Below are positions 36,313 to 45,979 of a stretch of 64,000 nt of DNA, piece after piece. The notes under the pieces are model-generated. The model worked only from the letters and a program-made list of their open reading frames with translations, searched no databases and was not told where the DNA came from. Source of the DNA: Nitrospirota bacterium. Lineage in GTDB: Bacteria; Nitrospirota; UBA9217. The position numbers and the translations under genes are program-made. Where the stretch lies: positions 1,056,001 through 1,120,000 of the forward strand of contig CAVUCU010000001.1 in the NCBI GenBank assembly GCA_963740085.1, written 5' to 3'. How positions within the stretch are numbered: the stretch's first letter is position 1; the number at the start of each line of letters is the position of its first letter.

Positions 36313-38292
36313 CTATCCCCCTGTCTTGTCCAGCAATCGCAAAATATCGTTCCGGTCCCGGGCGTCCTTCGGCAGCAGGTTTAACGCCCGGATGAGCTGT
36401 TTCCTCGCTTCCTTGAGATCTCCTTTTGCGAGCATTGACTTGCCCATGCCTGTATAGGCAATGGCAAGATTGGGCGCTATCTTTGCCATAATAGCGAAGT
36501 GTCTATAGGCTTCGTCGTACATCTTTTTATCAAAATAGGTATTGGCAATAGTTCTGCGAATGTGAAGGTTCAATGGTTCGGCTCTTAATGCATTGCGAAG
36601 ATTCTCGGTCCCTTTCTCATTATCGCCTAACGAAAAATAACTCTCCGCAAGCATCAGGTAATCTTCCCCGTTTTGCGGAATTCCGCGGGTGGCCAGATAA
36701 AAATACTCCTGTGATTTGGCTTTATTGTCAAGAAGCCGGTAACATTCGCCGATAGAGGACAAAGCCGCCGGCGAATTCGGCTGCGTTTTTAAAATTGTCC
36801 GGTATTCATGAATTGCTTTGATATATTCTCTCTTTTCAGCATATATAATGCCGAGATTGTAATGATAGATATATGCGGCTCCTTCTGATTTCATGGACAG
36901 GAGAATTTTTTTTGCTTTTTCCAGGTCACCCTTGGAAAAATATGCAGAGGCCAGATTAATATATGTTTCCTCATAGTCGCTCCCTTTTTTTACGGCCGAG
37001 TTACACCTCTCGATGGCCTTATCTATGTCCATCATTTCCAGATATGATGCGCAGAGGTTGGAATCCGGCCTGATTTTTCCCGGCGATTTTTCGGCAGCGT
37101 CGGTCCATAGCCTGATAGGATCCTTATAGACGCTGTTGCGCACAAGGGTGAGCGTCCCGAATAGCATGATTACGCAAAGAATAACAGACACGCCGGCTCT
37201 TCTATAGCGGGCCATGAGGTCGGTTAATGCCTCGCTCAGGGCGAGAGAATATCCGAGCGATGCCGCGTAGACCCATCGCTCCGCCATGTAATCACTCAGC
37301 CGTACGACTAGGAATGGCGACAGGTTTATGAAAAACCAGACTATGGAAAAAGACACCACCTTGTTTTTGTTTCTGATAAGGAATGCGACGATAATAAGAC
37401 CGGCAATAATAACAAGTGAAATCATCGTCGCGGGATCAAGAGACAGCGATTCCCTTACATCAGGATCAATATTCTGTCCGTAGGGGAGTATCAACAGCCG
37501 GAGATAGGCAACAAAGACCTTTATTTCCGTAAAAATATGGACTGTCCAGCCCCGTCCCTGCTGAGTGGGATTCATGATGTACGTTGCAAAATAGTAGGAG
37601 AATCCCGCACCGATGATACCCAGAAACGGGAGGTAGTATTTGAACCTTGAGATGATCTTTCCCCTTGTATCGGAAACGAAGTAGAGATCAAATACAAGCA
37701 TAAGAACGGGTGCCACAATGGCCGCTTCCTTGCTGGCAAGCCCGAGGACGAAACAAACGATGCTCAACAAGTACGGGATGAGACGGAAGCCGTTCCAGGT
37801 TGCCTTGAAAAACAACAACATTGATGCAAGGATAAAAAATGCGGAAAGTTCGGAAGACCGGCTTGATATATAGGTGACGCTCTCCGTGGCTATGGGATGC
37901 AATAAGAATAACGTTGAAGCAAGTATGGATTTTAAATGGCAGGAGTCGTCTTTATCGTTGTCGACATAGCTTGAAAGAAGAAGATAGAAAAAAAAAGCCG
38001 TTGATATATGGATGAGCAGGTTGACAATATGGTACCCGAAGGTATCGAGACCGCTGATAAAATAATTTACATAGAAAGTAAAAAGAAGAAATGCCCTGCC
38101 GCCGATGATCGCCGTCAAATTATGCGTAATCCAGTCCAGAAATAAGGGAAACGATTTTATCAGTATCTGTTCCCTGAGAAAATGGATGTCATCGTAATGG
38201 AACGGGACTCCGAATGAATTGGAATAGGCGAGGAGGCCTATCATCGAGAGGAAGAGAAAAACGGATCGTGGTGTGATTTTTATGGTTTGCAA
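36313..38292 (-). CDS. TMTC-like GT-C membrane glycosyltransferase with C-terminal TPRs
   Basis: YSNSF..PFHYDD, YHIVNLLIH, HPIATESVTYISSR, SKE, AERWVY, RNSVY, TPRs. Confidence 0.8.
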   Translation of the reverse strand: MQTIKITPRSVFLFLSMIGLLAYSNSFGVPFHYDDIHFLREQILIKSFPLFLDWITHNLTAIIGGRAFLLFTFYVNYFISGLDTFGYHIVNLLIHISTAFFFYLLLSSYVDNDKDDSCHLKSILASTLFLLHPIATESVTYISSRSSELSAFFILASMLLFFKATWNGFRLIPYLLSIVCFVLGLASKEAAIVAPVLMLVFDLYFVSDTRGKIISRFKYYLPFLGIIGAGFSYYFATYIMNPTQQGRGWTVHIFTEIKVFVAYLRLLILPYGQNIDPDVRESLSLDPATMISLVIIAGLIIVAFLIRNKNKVVSFSIVWFFINLSPFLVVRLSDYMAERWVYAASLGYSLALSEALTDLMARYRRAGVSVILCVIMLFGTLTLVRNSVYKDPIRLWTDAAEKSPGKIRPDSNLCASYLEMMDIDKAIERCNSAVKKGSDYEETYINLASAYFSKGDLEKAKKILLSMKSEGAAYIYHYNLGIIYAEKREYIKAIHEYRTILKTQPNSPAALSSIGECYRLLDNKAKSQEYFYLATRGIPQNGEDYLMLAESYFSLGDNEKGTENLRNALRAEPLNLHIRRTIANTYFDKKMYDEAYRHFAIMAKIAPNLAIAYTGMGKSMLAKGDLKEARKQLIRALNLLPKDARDRNDILRLLDKTGG

Positions 38293-38306
38293 TGGGGAAA
38301 TGATTG

Positions 38307-38343
38307 CTCACGAATGGGGGTATGATGCACCCCCATTCGTGAG
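38307..38343 (-). terminator. Perfect 15-bp hairpin after the pilin pair (no U tract; stabiliser or weak terminator)
   Basis: CTCACGAATGGGGGT-7 nt-ACCCCCATTCGTGAG. Confidence 0.6.
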
Positions 38344-38360
38344 ATGACCACCGAATATCG

Positions 38361-38711
38361 TTAATCCGAGGTAAGGCCGCCCATATTAATAGTTTTCGTT
38401 GATCCACTGACGCCAATAAGGATATTGCCCGTGCCGGCGGCTGTTGCTGCAGTAGCACCGCCGCCAAGATTTGTATTCGCAATAACAATTGCCCTGGTCT
38501 TCACCAGCCCAAATCCTATACCCCCTGCCGAGGTAGCGATCAGCACTCCCGCGCTACTTTTTAATGAACCCTCCACACCGTTGAGGGCCGCGGTCGTGGC
38601 CGTTGTCGTCAGATCAATATACCTTGGGATGGCAACAGCCGCCAGGATGCCGAGGATCACAATGACCATGACCAGCTCGATGAGCGTGAAACCTTTCTCT
38701 GTTCTTAACAT
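38361..38711 (-). CDS. MshA-like major pilin, copy 2
   Basis: G|FTLIELVMVIVILGILAAVAIPRY. Confidence 0.88.
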   Translation of the reverse strand: MLRTEKGFTLIELVMVIVILGILAAVAIPRYIDLTTTATTAALNGVEGSLKSSAGVLIATSAGGIGFGLVKTRAIVIANTNLGGGATAATAAGTGNILIGVSGSTKTINMGGLTSD

Positions 38712-38755
38712 GCCTGTTTCCTCACACCCATTCGTAAAATAACCGCCGACTACCG

Positions 38756-39106
38756 TTAATCCGAGGTAAGGCCGCCCATATTAATAGTTTTCGTTGACCC
38801 AGAGACGCCAATAAGGATATTGCCCACGCCGGCTGCTGTTGTTGCAGTAGCGCCTCCACCAAGATCCGTATTCGCAATAACAATTGCCCTGGTTTTCACG
38901 AGCCCGAATCCTACACCTCCTGCAGAAGTAGCAATCAGCACCCCGGCGCTTCCTTTTAATGAACCCTCCACTCCGTTCAGGGCCGCAGTTGTGGCCGTCG
39001 TTGTCAGATCGATATACCTTGGGATAGCTACAGCCGCCAGGATGCCGAGAATCACAATGACCATTACCAGCTCGATGAGTGTAAAGCCTTTCTGTGTCTT
39101 TACCAT
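38756..39106 (-). CDS. MshA-like major pilin, copy 1
   Basis: Same N-terminus; AGGAGG RBS. Confidence 0.88.
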   Translation of the reverse strand: MVKTQKGFTLIELVMVIVILGILAAVAIPRYIDLTTTATTAALNGVEGSLKGSAGVLIATSAGGVGFGLVKTRAIVIANTDLGGGATATTAAGVGNILIGVSGSTKTINMGGLTSD

Positions 39107-39242
39107 TTTTGTATCCTCCTGTGCATAATATTATTGAACTCCGTTTTGTATTTCACTTAGCAGGTTTATAACCCGCGGAAGTATCGTTCAGGCAACCCGG
39201 ACCACCCGGAAAAAACGCCGCACCGGCTGTTCCTCAGTGCCA

Positions 39243-39707
39243 CTATAGTCCGCAGTCCGTTACATTTATCGTAATGACTGCCGGCGTAGCGCTGGTTGTA
39301 GGGCCGCTGTAGACCACACAGCACGTCGCAGCTCCGCCATTGGTGGGCCAAAATGTAACTGTAGGGCTTGTTATAGGCTGCACATCATACCCTGTTGTCT
39401 CGGTAAGAGCCGTGACTATGCCGGCTTGCGTGCCGAGGGGGACCCCGCTGCCTGGCTGCACTTCCACAAGAGTGCCATCCATATCAACAGTTGAGGCCGC
39501 GTTGTTTCCCACCACCATGTACTTTGCCCTTGCAAGAGTCACGGCACCTCTCAGTCCTCCGGCCAAGCCGTTTACCGCGGCCTTCCGGGCATCAGCTACG
39601 ATCCGAATATAACGCGGAATGGCCACTGCTGCAAGAATCCCCAGGATCACGATAACGATCACCAGTTCGATGAGTGTAAAGCCCTTGCTTTTTCTACCTG
39701 TCCTCAT
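39243..39707 (-). CDS. MshA/MshB-like pilin
   Basis: G|FTLIELVIVIVILGILAAVAIPRY; C-terminal Cys residues; start uncertain. Confidence 0.85.
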   Translation of the reverse strand: MRTGRKSKGFTLIELVIVIVILGILAAVAIPRYIRIVADARKAAVNGLAGGLRGAVTLARAKYMVVGNNAASTVDMDGTLVEVQPGSGVPLGTQAGIVTALTETTGYDVQPITSPTVTFWPTNGGAATCCVVYSGPTTSATPAVITINVTDCGL

Positions 39708-39763
39708 CTCTTTCCCCATCCCTCCTTTCGACACGATTTTTTACAATGCGGTTCTGTTGAATA

Positions 39764-40183
39764 CTACCAGCTCTCGTACCCTTTTGTGGAAGCCTTGACT
39801 TCTCCGCGGACAGGGTCGTATGCATAACGATTTCCGAACGCGTCCACCAGATGTCCATCCGCATCCTGCGCCTGCTTTACGAGATATTTCTCGTCCAAAA
39901 AAATCGGACCGGAGGCGGTGGCCGCCCCGCTTCTTGCAGGAAACAGAACGTCATTCTCAATAAGTTCCCTGAGACTCCGGGGATTCCGTTCGTTCAGCAT
40001 ACGGAAAAGTCCGATACTGGTACGAATATTCGACAATCCCATTCTCAGAGCGGCTTCCCGAGCTTCGCGTGCCACTCGATTATATTTCGGAATCACAACG
40101 CCGATCAGAATGCCGATAAGGCAGAGCGTGATGACGGCATCAACGATCGTGAGTCCTTTTGCATCCTTAAAACCGGTCCCCAC
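39764..40183 (-). CDS. Atypical pilin/pseudopilin (GspG-like)
   Basis: GGAGG + GTG; G|LTIVD, IPKY, P.SLREL, DAFGNRYAY. Confidence 0.7.
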   Translation of the reverse strand: MGTGFKDAKGLTIVDAVITLCLIGILIGVVIPKYNRVAREAREAALRMGLSNIRTSIGLFRMLNERNPRSLRELIENDVLFPARSGAATASGPIFLDEKYLVKQAQDADGHLVDAFGNRYAYDPVRGEVKASTKGYESW

Positions 40184-40210
40184 GCTGCCTCCCAGACGGC
40201 ATTGGATTGG

Positions 40211-40239
40211 AGTATATCCTTTTTGATTTGCAGAGTCAA
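40211..40239 (-). promoter_or_regulatory. Sigma70 promoter of the pilin genes
   Basis: TTGACT-17-TATACT. Confidence 0.7.
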
Positions 40240-40334
40240 CGTATCTTTTTGTTAAACCCATTAAACATGGCCATGCGTAAACAGCTGAAAAAACTTTCAC
40301 AAAATGCAATCGGAGATGTGCATCGGCTACTCAT

Positions 40335-41552
40335 TCAGTGCTTGAACAGACTCATCACGTTCCACATCGGAAGGAAGACCCCCAGGGCAAGGAACAGCAC
40401 CATGCCACCGACAAAGAGAAGCAGTATCGGCTCGATCATGGTTGCAAGGTTGCGAAGGGTATACTCCACATCCATGTCATAGTAATCGGAGACCTTGTTC
40501 AACATGGTATCGAGTTGCCCGGTTTCCTCGCCCACCGACATCATCTGGATCACCATCGGCGGGAAAAGCCCCGAGGCCTCCATCGGCGCGGTCAGCCCCT
40601 TGCCGTCCCGGAGGCTGTCGCTCATGGCCCCTACCGACCGGGCGATCACCACATTGCCTAATGTTTCGCCCGCGATCTCGAGCGTCAGCATCATTGAAAT
40701 GCCGCTCTTCTGCATGGCGCTGAATATGCGCGCGAACCGCGAGAGCGCTACTTTTTGGAAAAGAAGGCCGAACACCGGCAGCTTGAGTTTCAGCCGGTCC
40801 CACTGCCATCTGCCCCCCGGCGTTCCCAGATACCATATCACCCCCCCCACAAGCAGGACGATGCCGATAATGATAAGATACCAGAAGTGCTGGACCACGT
40901 AGTTGATATTGATCAGTATGCGCGTGGGCAGCGGCAACTCTGTTTTGAACTGCGCAAAGATCGCCGCGAACTTCGGGATCACGAAGGAGACAAGGAATGC
41001 AAATGCGGCGGAGATGGCGATCACGACGATCAGCGGATACCGTACCGCTGCTTTCACCCGCGCACGGGTTTCAGCCTCGTGCTCGGCAAGAAGCGCCAGC
41101 CGGTTCAGGATCTCATCGAGGATACCGGCCGTCTCCCCGGCCCTGATCAGGCTTACGTAAAGCTTGCTGAATATTTTTGGCTGCCGGGAAAGTGCATCGG
41201 AGAACGAACTGCCGCCCTCGATATCACGCCTGATCTGGGAGATCGCGGCTTTCAACCGGGGATTTTCCGACTGCTTTTCAAGTGTTGCGAGGCCCTGGAT
41301 AAAGGGGATGCCCGCGCTCATGAGCGTGGCAAGCTGCCTGCTGAAGATGATGAGGTCCTGCGGCTTGATCTTGCTGAACAATGCGCCAAAGTCGATGCTC
41401 GAGATCCGCTCCTGTCCCTGCTCCTCGATCATCACGGGGATGTATCCCATGCCCGAGAGCTGGTCCGCCACCCCGTCCTTGCGCGCAGCCTCCATCGTGC
41501 CGGTGCGAAGAGCACCGTCTTTATCCCTGGCTCTATACTGGTACAGCGGCAT
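40335..41552 (-). CDS. pilC: Inner-membrane platform protein (PilC/MshG/GspF)
   Basis: FSRQLATLMSAGIP, AGETAG, VGEETG, IEP. Confidence 0.9.
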   Translation of the reverse strand: MPLYQYRARDKDGALRTGTMEAARKDGVADQLSGMGYIPVMIEEQGQERISSIDFGALFSKIKPQDLIIFSRQLATLMSAGIPFIQGLATLEKQSENPRLKAAISQIRRDIEGGSSFSDALSRQPKIFSKLYVSLIRAGETAGILDEILNRLALLAEHEAETRARVKAAVRYPLIVVIAISAAFAFLVSFVIPKFAAIFAQFKTELPLPTRILININYVVQHFWYLIIIGIVLLVGGVIWYLGTPGGRWQWDRLKLKLPVFGLLFQKVALSRFARIFSAMQKSGISMMLTLEIAGETLGNVVIARSVGAMSDSLRDGKGLTAPMEASGLFPPMVIQMMSVGEETGQLDTMLNKVSDYYDMDVEYTLRNLATMIEPILLLFVGGMVLFLALGVFLPMWNVMSLFKH

Positions 41553-41703
41553 GTTCAAATCTCCCCGTCGGAACAAACTGAGAATTCAGAGGTCAGGCTA
41601 TCAGGGCCTAGACGTGATCAACAACGGTAGCCTGTATGCCGTATTTTGTTTTGTGTAACGTTATCATAAAAAGACGAATTCCGCAACAATACAAATAAAA
41701 ACA

Positions 41704-41732
41704 TTGACAAATCCGGCTTTCTGGAGTATCTT
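41704..41732 (+). promoter_or_regulatory. Sigma70 promoter of rho, followed by a ~280-nt C/A-rich leader
   Basis: TTGACA-17-TATCTT. Confidence 0.7.
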
Positions 41733-42021
41733 TTCTTCAGTCTCGAGTAAACCTGACCAAAAACCCCGTGTTATTACAAAACCCAGCACAATAATAACCA
41801 GGTAAAAACACTGCACACTGTTTACACATACACAGAAAGGTCTTTTTATCACGTAAGCAAACCGCTGACAGCTAGTCTGACTGAACCAGCCTCCATGCAA
41901 AAACCAACATAACGCTAATCACAACGCTTATAGAAAACAACCGCAGGAGCAGTATAACCCGCCTCTCACCAGGTAAGAACCGCACACGCCCCGGCAAACC
42001 GCGGGCCAAGGAGTAAAAACC

Positions 42022-43272
42022 ATGAATTTAGTAGAGCTCAAGGGAAAGAACATCGCCGAATTGACCGAGATGGCGAACGACCTCAAGGTCGAAGGCGTCA
42101 GCGGTCTGCGAAAACAGGAGTTGATCTTCGCCATCCTGCAGGCGCAGACGGAAAAGAACGGCATGATCTTCGGGGAGGGCGTGCTCGAGATCCTGCCCGA
42201 TGGCTTCGGCTTCCTTCGAGCGCCCGATTACAACTATCTCCCCGGCCCCGACGATATCTACGTCTCCCCCTCCCAGATAAGAAGGTTCAACATCCGCACC
42301 GGGGACACGGTCTCCGGCCAGATCCGGCCGCCGAAAGAGGGCGAACGCTACTTCGCCCTCCTCAAGGTCGATGCCATCAACTACGAGGACCCCGAAATAT
42401 CCCGGAGCAAGATCCTGTTCGACAACCTCACTCCTTACTATCCTGAAAAGAAGATAAAGCTTGAAATGACCCCGACGGAATATACCACGCGCGCCATAGA
42501 CCTCGTCACACCCATCGGCATGGGCCAGCGCGGCATGATCGTGGCACCTCCCCGGACCGGCAAGACCATGCTGCTCCAGGCCATTGCCAAGGCCATTCTG
42601 AAGAACCATCCGGACATCAAGCTCATCGTGCTGCTCATCGACGAACGGCCTGAGGAAGTCACCGACTGGCAGCGCCAGGTCAAGGCCGAGATCATCAGTT
42701 CCACCTTTGATGAACCGCCCCAGAGGCATGTGCAGGTAGCGGATATGGTCATCGAGCGGGCCAAACGGCTTGTCGAGCACAAGAAGGACGTTGTCATCCT
42801 GCTTGACAGCGTCACCCGTCTCGCGCGGGCGCACAACGCGATCATCCCGGCATCGGGCAAGGTGCTCTCCGGCGGTCTGGACGCCAATGCGCTCCAGCGG
42901 CCCAAGCGGTTCTTCGGCGCTGCCCGGAGCATCGAAGGGGGCGGCGGCAGCCTCACCATCCTGGCAACGGCGCTCGTGGACACGGGAAGCCGCATGGACG
43001 ATGTGATCTTCGAGGAGTTCAAGGGCACCGGCAACATGGAGCTCCACCTCGACCGGAAGCTGGTAGAAAAACGCGTTTTCCCGGCAATCGACATCAACGC
43101 ATCCGGCACGCGCAAGGAAGAACTGCTCGTTGACAAGGACGATCTGAACCGCATGTGGATCCTCAGAAAGGTCCTGAACCCGCTCTCCACCGTGGAGAGC
43201 ATGGAGTTCCTGCTCGAAAAGCTCAAACAGAACAAGACGAACCGGGACTTCCTTGACTCTATGAACAAGTGA
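42022..43272 (+). CDS. rho: Transcription termination factor Rho
   Basis: [35 protein letters not shown]. Confidence 0.98.
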   Translation: MNLVELKGKNIAELTEMANDLKVEGVSGLRKQELIFAILQAQTEKNGMIFGEGVLEILPDGFGFLRAPDYNYLPGPDDIYVSPSQIRRFNIRTGDTVSGQIRPPKEGERYFALLKVDAINYEDPEISRSKILFDNLTPYYPEKKIKLEMTPTEYTTRAIDLVTPIGMGQRGMIVAPPRTGKTMLLQAIAKAILKNHPDIKLIVLLIDERPEEVTDWQRQVKAEIISSTFDEPPQRHVQVADMVIERAKRLVEHKKDVVILLDSVTRLARAHNAIIPASGKVLSGGLDANALQRPKRFFGAARSIEGGGGSLTILATALVDTGSRMDDVIFEEFKGTGNMELHLDRKLVEKRVFPAIDINASGTRKEELLVDKDDLNRMWILRKVLNPLSTVESMEFLLEKLKQNKTNRDFLDSMNK

Positions 43273-43297
43273 TTTTTTCACCAAACAGGTGAAAAAA

Positions 43298-43414
43298 TCA
43301 TCCTGAGCATCGCGAAGGATCTTTCCTAACGAGGAAATCATCACCCTGAACGAAGTGAAGGGTCTCTCAACATATTTGAAAAAAACCGGATTCCTCGCTG
43401 CGCCCGGAATGACA
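43298..43414. repeat. REP-like palindromic element related to 4865-4999
   Basis: TCATCCTGAGC..GCGAAGGATCT, CACCCTGAACGAAGTGAAGGGTCT, GATTCCTCGCTGCGCCCGGAATGACA. Confidence 0.65.
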
Positions 43415-43553
43415 AGTGTCTTTTTTTACTTGTATTTTTACGTATTTTGGTTTATTATTCCGACCTTACCGCAGCCATGGATGACGCGGTAATGCTTGAG
43501 AACGAAATCTGGATGGTTGTGGCTACATTAAAATAATCAGGAGGAGTAGAACC

Positions 43554-43763
43554 ATGAAACAGGGAATTCACCCGGACTACAAGCTGTCGCAGGTCCACTG
43601 TGCCTGCGGTGAGGCATACGAGACCCGGTCCACCAAAGAGAATATCAGGCTCGATATCTGCTCGGTCTGCCACCCCTTCTTCACCGGCAAACAGAAGCTC
43701 ATCGATACGGAAGGCCGCATAGACAAGTTCCGGAAAAAATACACGAAGACGGAATCCAAATAG
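43554..43763 (+). CDS. rpmE: 50S ribosomal protein L31 (Zn-binding type)
   Basis: MKQGIHP, CACG, CSVCHPFFTG. Confidence 0.96.
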   Translation: MKQGIHPDYKLSQVHCACGEAYETRSTKENIRLDICSVCHPFFTGKQKLIDTEGRIDKFRKKYTKTESK

Positions 43764-43866
43764 CAGACGACGGAGCGAGGTCGCGGACTCGGGCGATTGC
43801 TTAAGTATGTCTCCTGACCTCTGTCTCCTGATTACTGCCCACTGCTTTAACACGAGGTCCCTGAAC

Positions 43867-44772
43867 TTGTCGCAGACAATAAACATAGGCGGCCAGGCGG
43901 TGCTCGAGGGCGTGATGATGCGCTCACCGCGCGCCTTTACCGTGGCCGTTCGCAAAGGCGGAAAACCCGACGCCGGGATCGTGGTCTTCAAGCAGGAACT
44001 CATGCCGCTCGGCGAACGGTTCCCGTTCTTAAAGACGAAGATCATCCGGGGTTCGGCGGCGCTGTTTGAAGCGCTGTGGCTCGGCATCCGGGCGCTCAAT
44101 TTCTCGGCGAATGAGGCGATCGAAAGCAAAGACGGCAAAAAAGAGGAGATAGGCCCCCTTGCCATGGCCGGGACCATGATCGCGGCGCTTGCGTTTTCCC
44201 TCGCGATATTCCTGGCCCTCCCCCTCCTGCTGACCAGCCTGCTCGGCTCGTACTACGATACGGTCAACAAGAACAGCATCTTGTTCAACCTCACGGACGG
44301 TGTTCTCCGGGTAGGGTTGTTTCTGGGATATGTCTCCGGCATCTCGTTCATGAAGGACATCCGACGGGTCTTCGAGTACCACGGCGCTGAGCATAAGTCC
44401 ATCGCCGCCTACGAGTCCGGGGAAGAGATCACGGTCGAGAATGCACGGCAGTATTCCCGCATCCACCCGCGCTGCGGCACGAGCTTCCTGATCGCGGTCA
44501 TGGCTTTTTCCATTCTCCTGTTCTCGCTCATTCCGGGCAATTGGCCCCTCTGGGCAAAAGCTCTTTCGCGGATCGTCCTGTTGCCGTTGATCGCGGGGCT
44601 GGGATATGAATTCATCAAGTACAGCGCAAAGCAGTGCGGGAACCCCCTCATCAAGATCCTGATGCTGCCCGGACTCTGGCTTCAGCGGCTCACCACGCGT
44701 GAACCGTCGGACGACCAGATAGAGGTCGCCATCAGGGCGCTGAACGATGCCCTCGCGATGGAACCCCGCTGA
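43867..44772 (+). CDS. DUF1385 membrane protein
   Basis: GGQAVLEGVMMR, YHGAEHK, HPRCGTSF, LTTREP. Confidence 0.9.
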   Translation: MSQTINIGGQAVLEGVMMRSPRAFTVAVRKGGKPDAGIVVFKQELMPLGERFPFLKTKIIRGSAALFEALWLGIRALNFSANEAIESKDGKKEEIGPLAMAGTMIAALAFSLAIFLALPLLLTSLLGSYYDTVNKNSILFNLTDGVLRVGLFLGYVSGISFMKDIRRVFEYHGAEHKSIAAYESGEEITVENARQYSRIHPRCGTSFLIAVMAFSILLFSLIPGNWPLWAKALSRIVLLPLIAGLGYEFIKYSAKQCGNPLIKILMLPGLWLQRLTTREPSDDQIEVAIRALNDALAMEPR

Positions 44773-44787
44773 TGCGGGGTTTTTTTA
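44762..44787 (+). terminator. Rho-independent terminator overlapping the DUF1385 stop
   Basis: AACCCCGC-TGAT-GCGGGGTT + T run. Confidence 0.75.
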
Positions 44788-44804
44788 TTTAAGATCGAAA
44801 CCCG

Positions 44805-44886
44805 GAACGCGAATTTGACGAATTTCACAAATAACCCTGTTGTGTTGTCATTCGTGGTATTCGTACTATTCGTGCAATTCGTGTTC
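44805..44886. repeat. Nonamer tandem repeats in inverted arms
   Basis: CGCGAATTT GACGAATTT CACAAAT ... ATTCGTGGT ATTCGTACT ATTCGTGCA ATTCGTGTT. Confidence 0.75.
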
Positions 44887-44906
44887 GTCATGATGTATTT
44901 ACCCTT

Positions 44907-45974
44907 ATGTTCAAAAAATTAGAGGCCGTAGCCGAAAAATATGACGAGCTGACAAGGCTCTTGTCCGATCCTGCCGTCGCAGCCGACCATCAGCAATACC
45001 AGAAGTATTCCAAGGAGCGGTCGGACATCGAGGATGTGGTGAACCACTTTCGCGCCTACCGGGACCTGGTGAAGCAGGTCCACGAGGCCGGGGAGATCAC
45101 CAACGACAAGCAGTCGGACCCCGAGCTGCGCGCAATGGCCGAGGCCGAGATCAAGGAACTTACGCCGAAACGCGCGCAGATGGAGCAGGAGCTTCAGCTC
45201 ATGCTCGTGCCCAAGGACCCGCGGGACGAACGGAACGTGTTCCTCGAGATCCGCGCCGGGGCGGGCGGAGACGAGGCAGGGCTCTTCGCGGCCGAGCTCT
45301 TCCGCATGTATTCACGCTACTCCGAGAAAAAACGCTGGCAGGTCACCCTCCTGGACATGAGCACCACGGGGGTGGGCGGCGCAAAGGAGATCATCGCCCA
45401 GATCCAGGGCAAGGGCGTGTTCAGCAGGCTTAAATATGAGAGCGGCGTGCATCGCGTCCAGCGAGTTCCGGCCACGGAGGCAAGCGGCAGGATACACACT
45501 TCCACGGTGACCGTGGCCGTACTGCCCGAAGTAGACGACGTTGAGATTAATATAGAGCAGAAGGACCTTCGCATTGATACCTACTGTTCATCGGGTCCCG
45601 GCGGCCAGAGCGTGAATACCACTTACTCCGCCGTCAGGATCACCCATATCCCCACGGGCGAGGTGGTCGCGTGCCAGGACGAGCGCTCACAGCTCAAGAA
45701 TCGCATAAAGGCGATGAAGATCCTGAAGTCCCGCCTCCTGGAGAAAGAGAAGGCGAAGCAGGATGCCGAAACAGCCCAGGACCGCAGGTCACAGGTCGGC
45801 TCCGGAGAACGCAGTGAAAAGATCCGCACCTATAACTTTCCGCAAACCCGCGTAACGGACCACCGCATCGGGTTGTCGCTGTACCGTCTTGATTCGATCA
45901 TGGACGGCGACCTCGATGAGTTCATCGATGGCCTGACCGCAGCGGCGAACGCGGAACGGCTGAAAAATCTATAG
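44907..45974 (+). CDS. prfA: Peptide chain release factor 1
   Basis: ESGVHRVQRVPAT (PxT), GGQ. Confidence 0.97.
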   Translation: MFKKLEAVAEKYDELTRLLSDPAVAADHQQYQKYSKERSDIEDVVNHFRAYRDLVKQVHEAGEITNDKQSDPELRAMAEAEIKELTPKRAQMEQELQLMLVPKDPRDERNVFLEIRAGAGGDEAGLFAAELFRMYSRYSEKKRWQVTLLDMSTTGVGGAKEIIAQIQGKGVFSRLKYESGVHRVQRVPATEASGRIHTSTVTVAVLPEVDDVEINIEQKDLRIDTYCSSGPGGQSVNTTYSAVRITHIPTGEVVACQDERSQLKNRIKAMKILKSRLLEKEKAKQDAETAQDRRSQVGSGERSEKIRTYNFPQTRVTDHRIGLSLYRLDSIMDGDLDEFIDGLTAAANAERLKNL

Positions 45975-45979
45975 AAGGT

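Noticed and set aside
38361-39106. Pilin pair as a DGR template/variable repeat
   Set aside because: Differences are mostly synonymous and not adenine-specific; no reverse transcriptase in the window
42028-43344. Long antisense ORFs (also 9663-10922, 46971-47963, 49755-50837)
   Set aside because: Shadows of well-supported genes on the opposite strand
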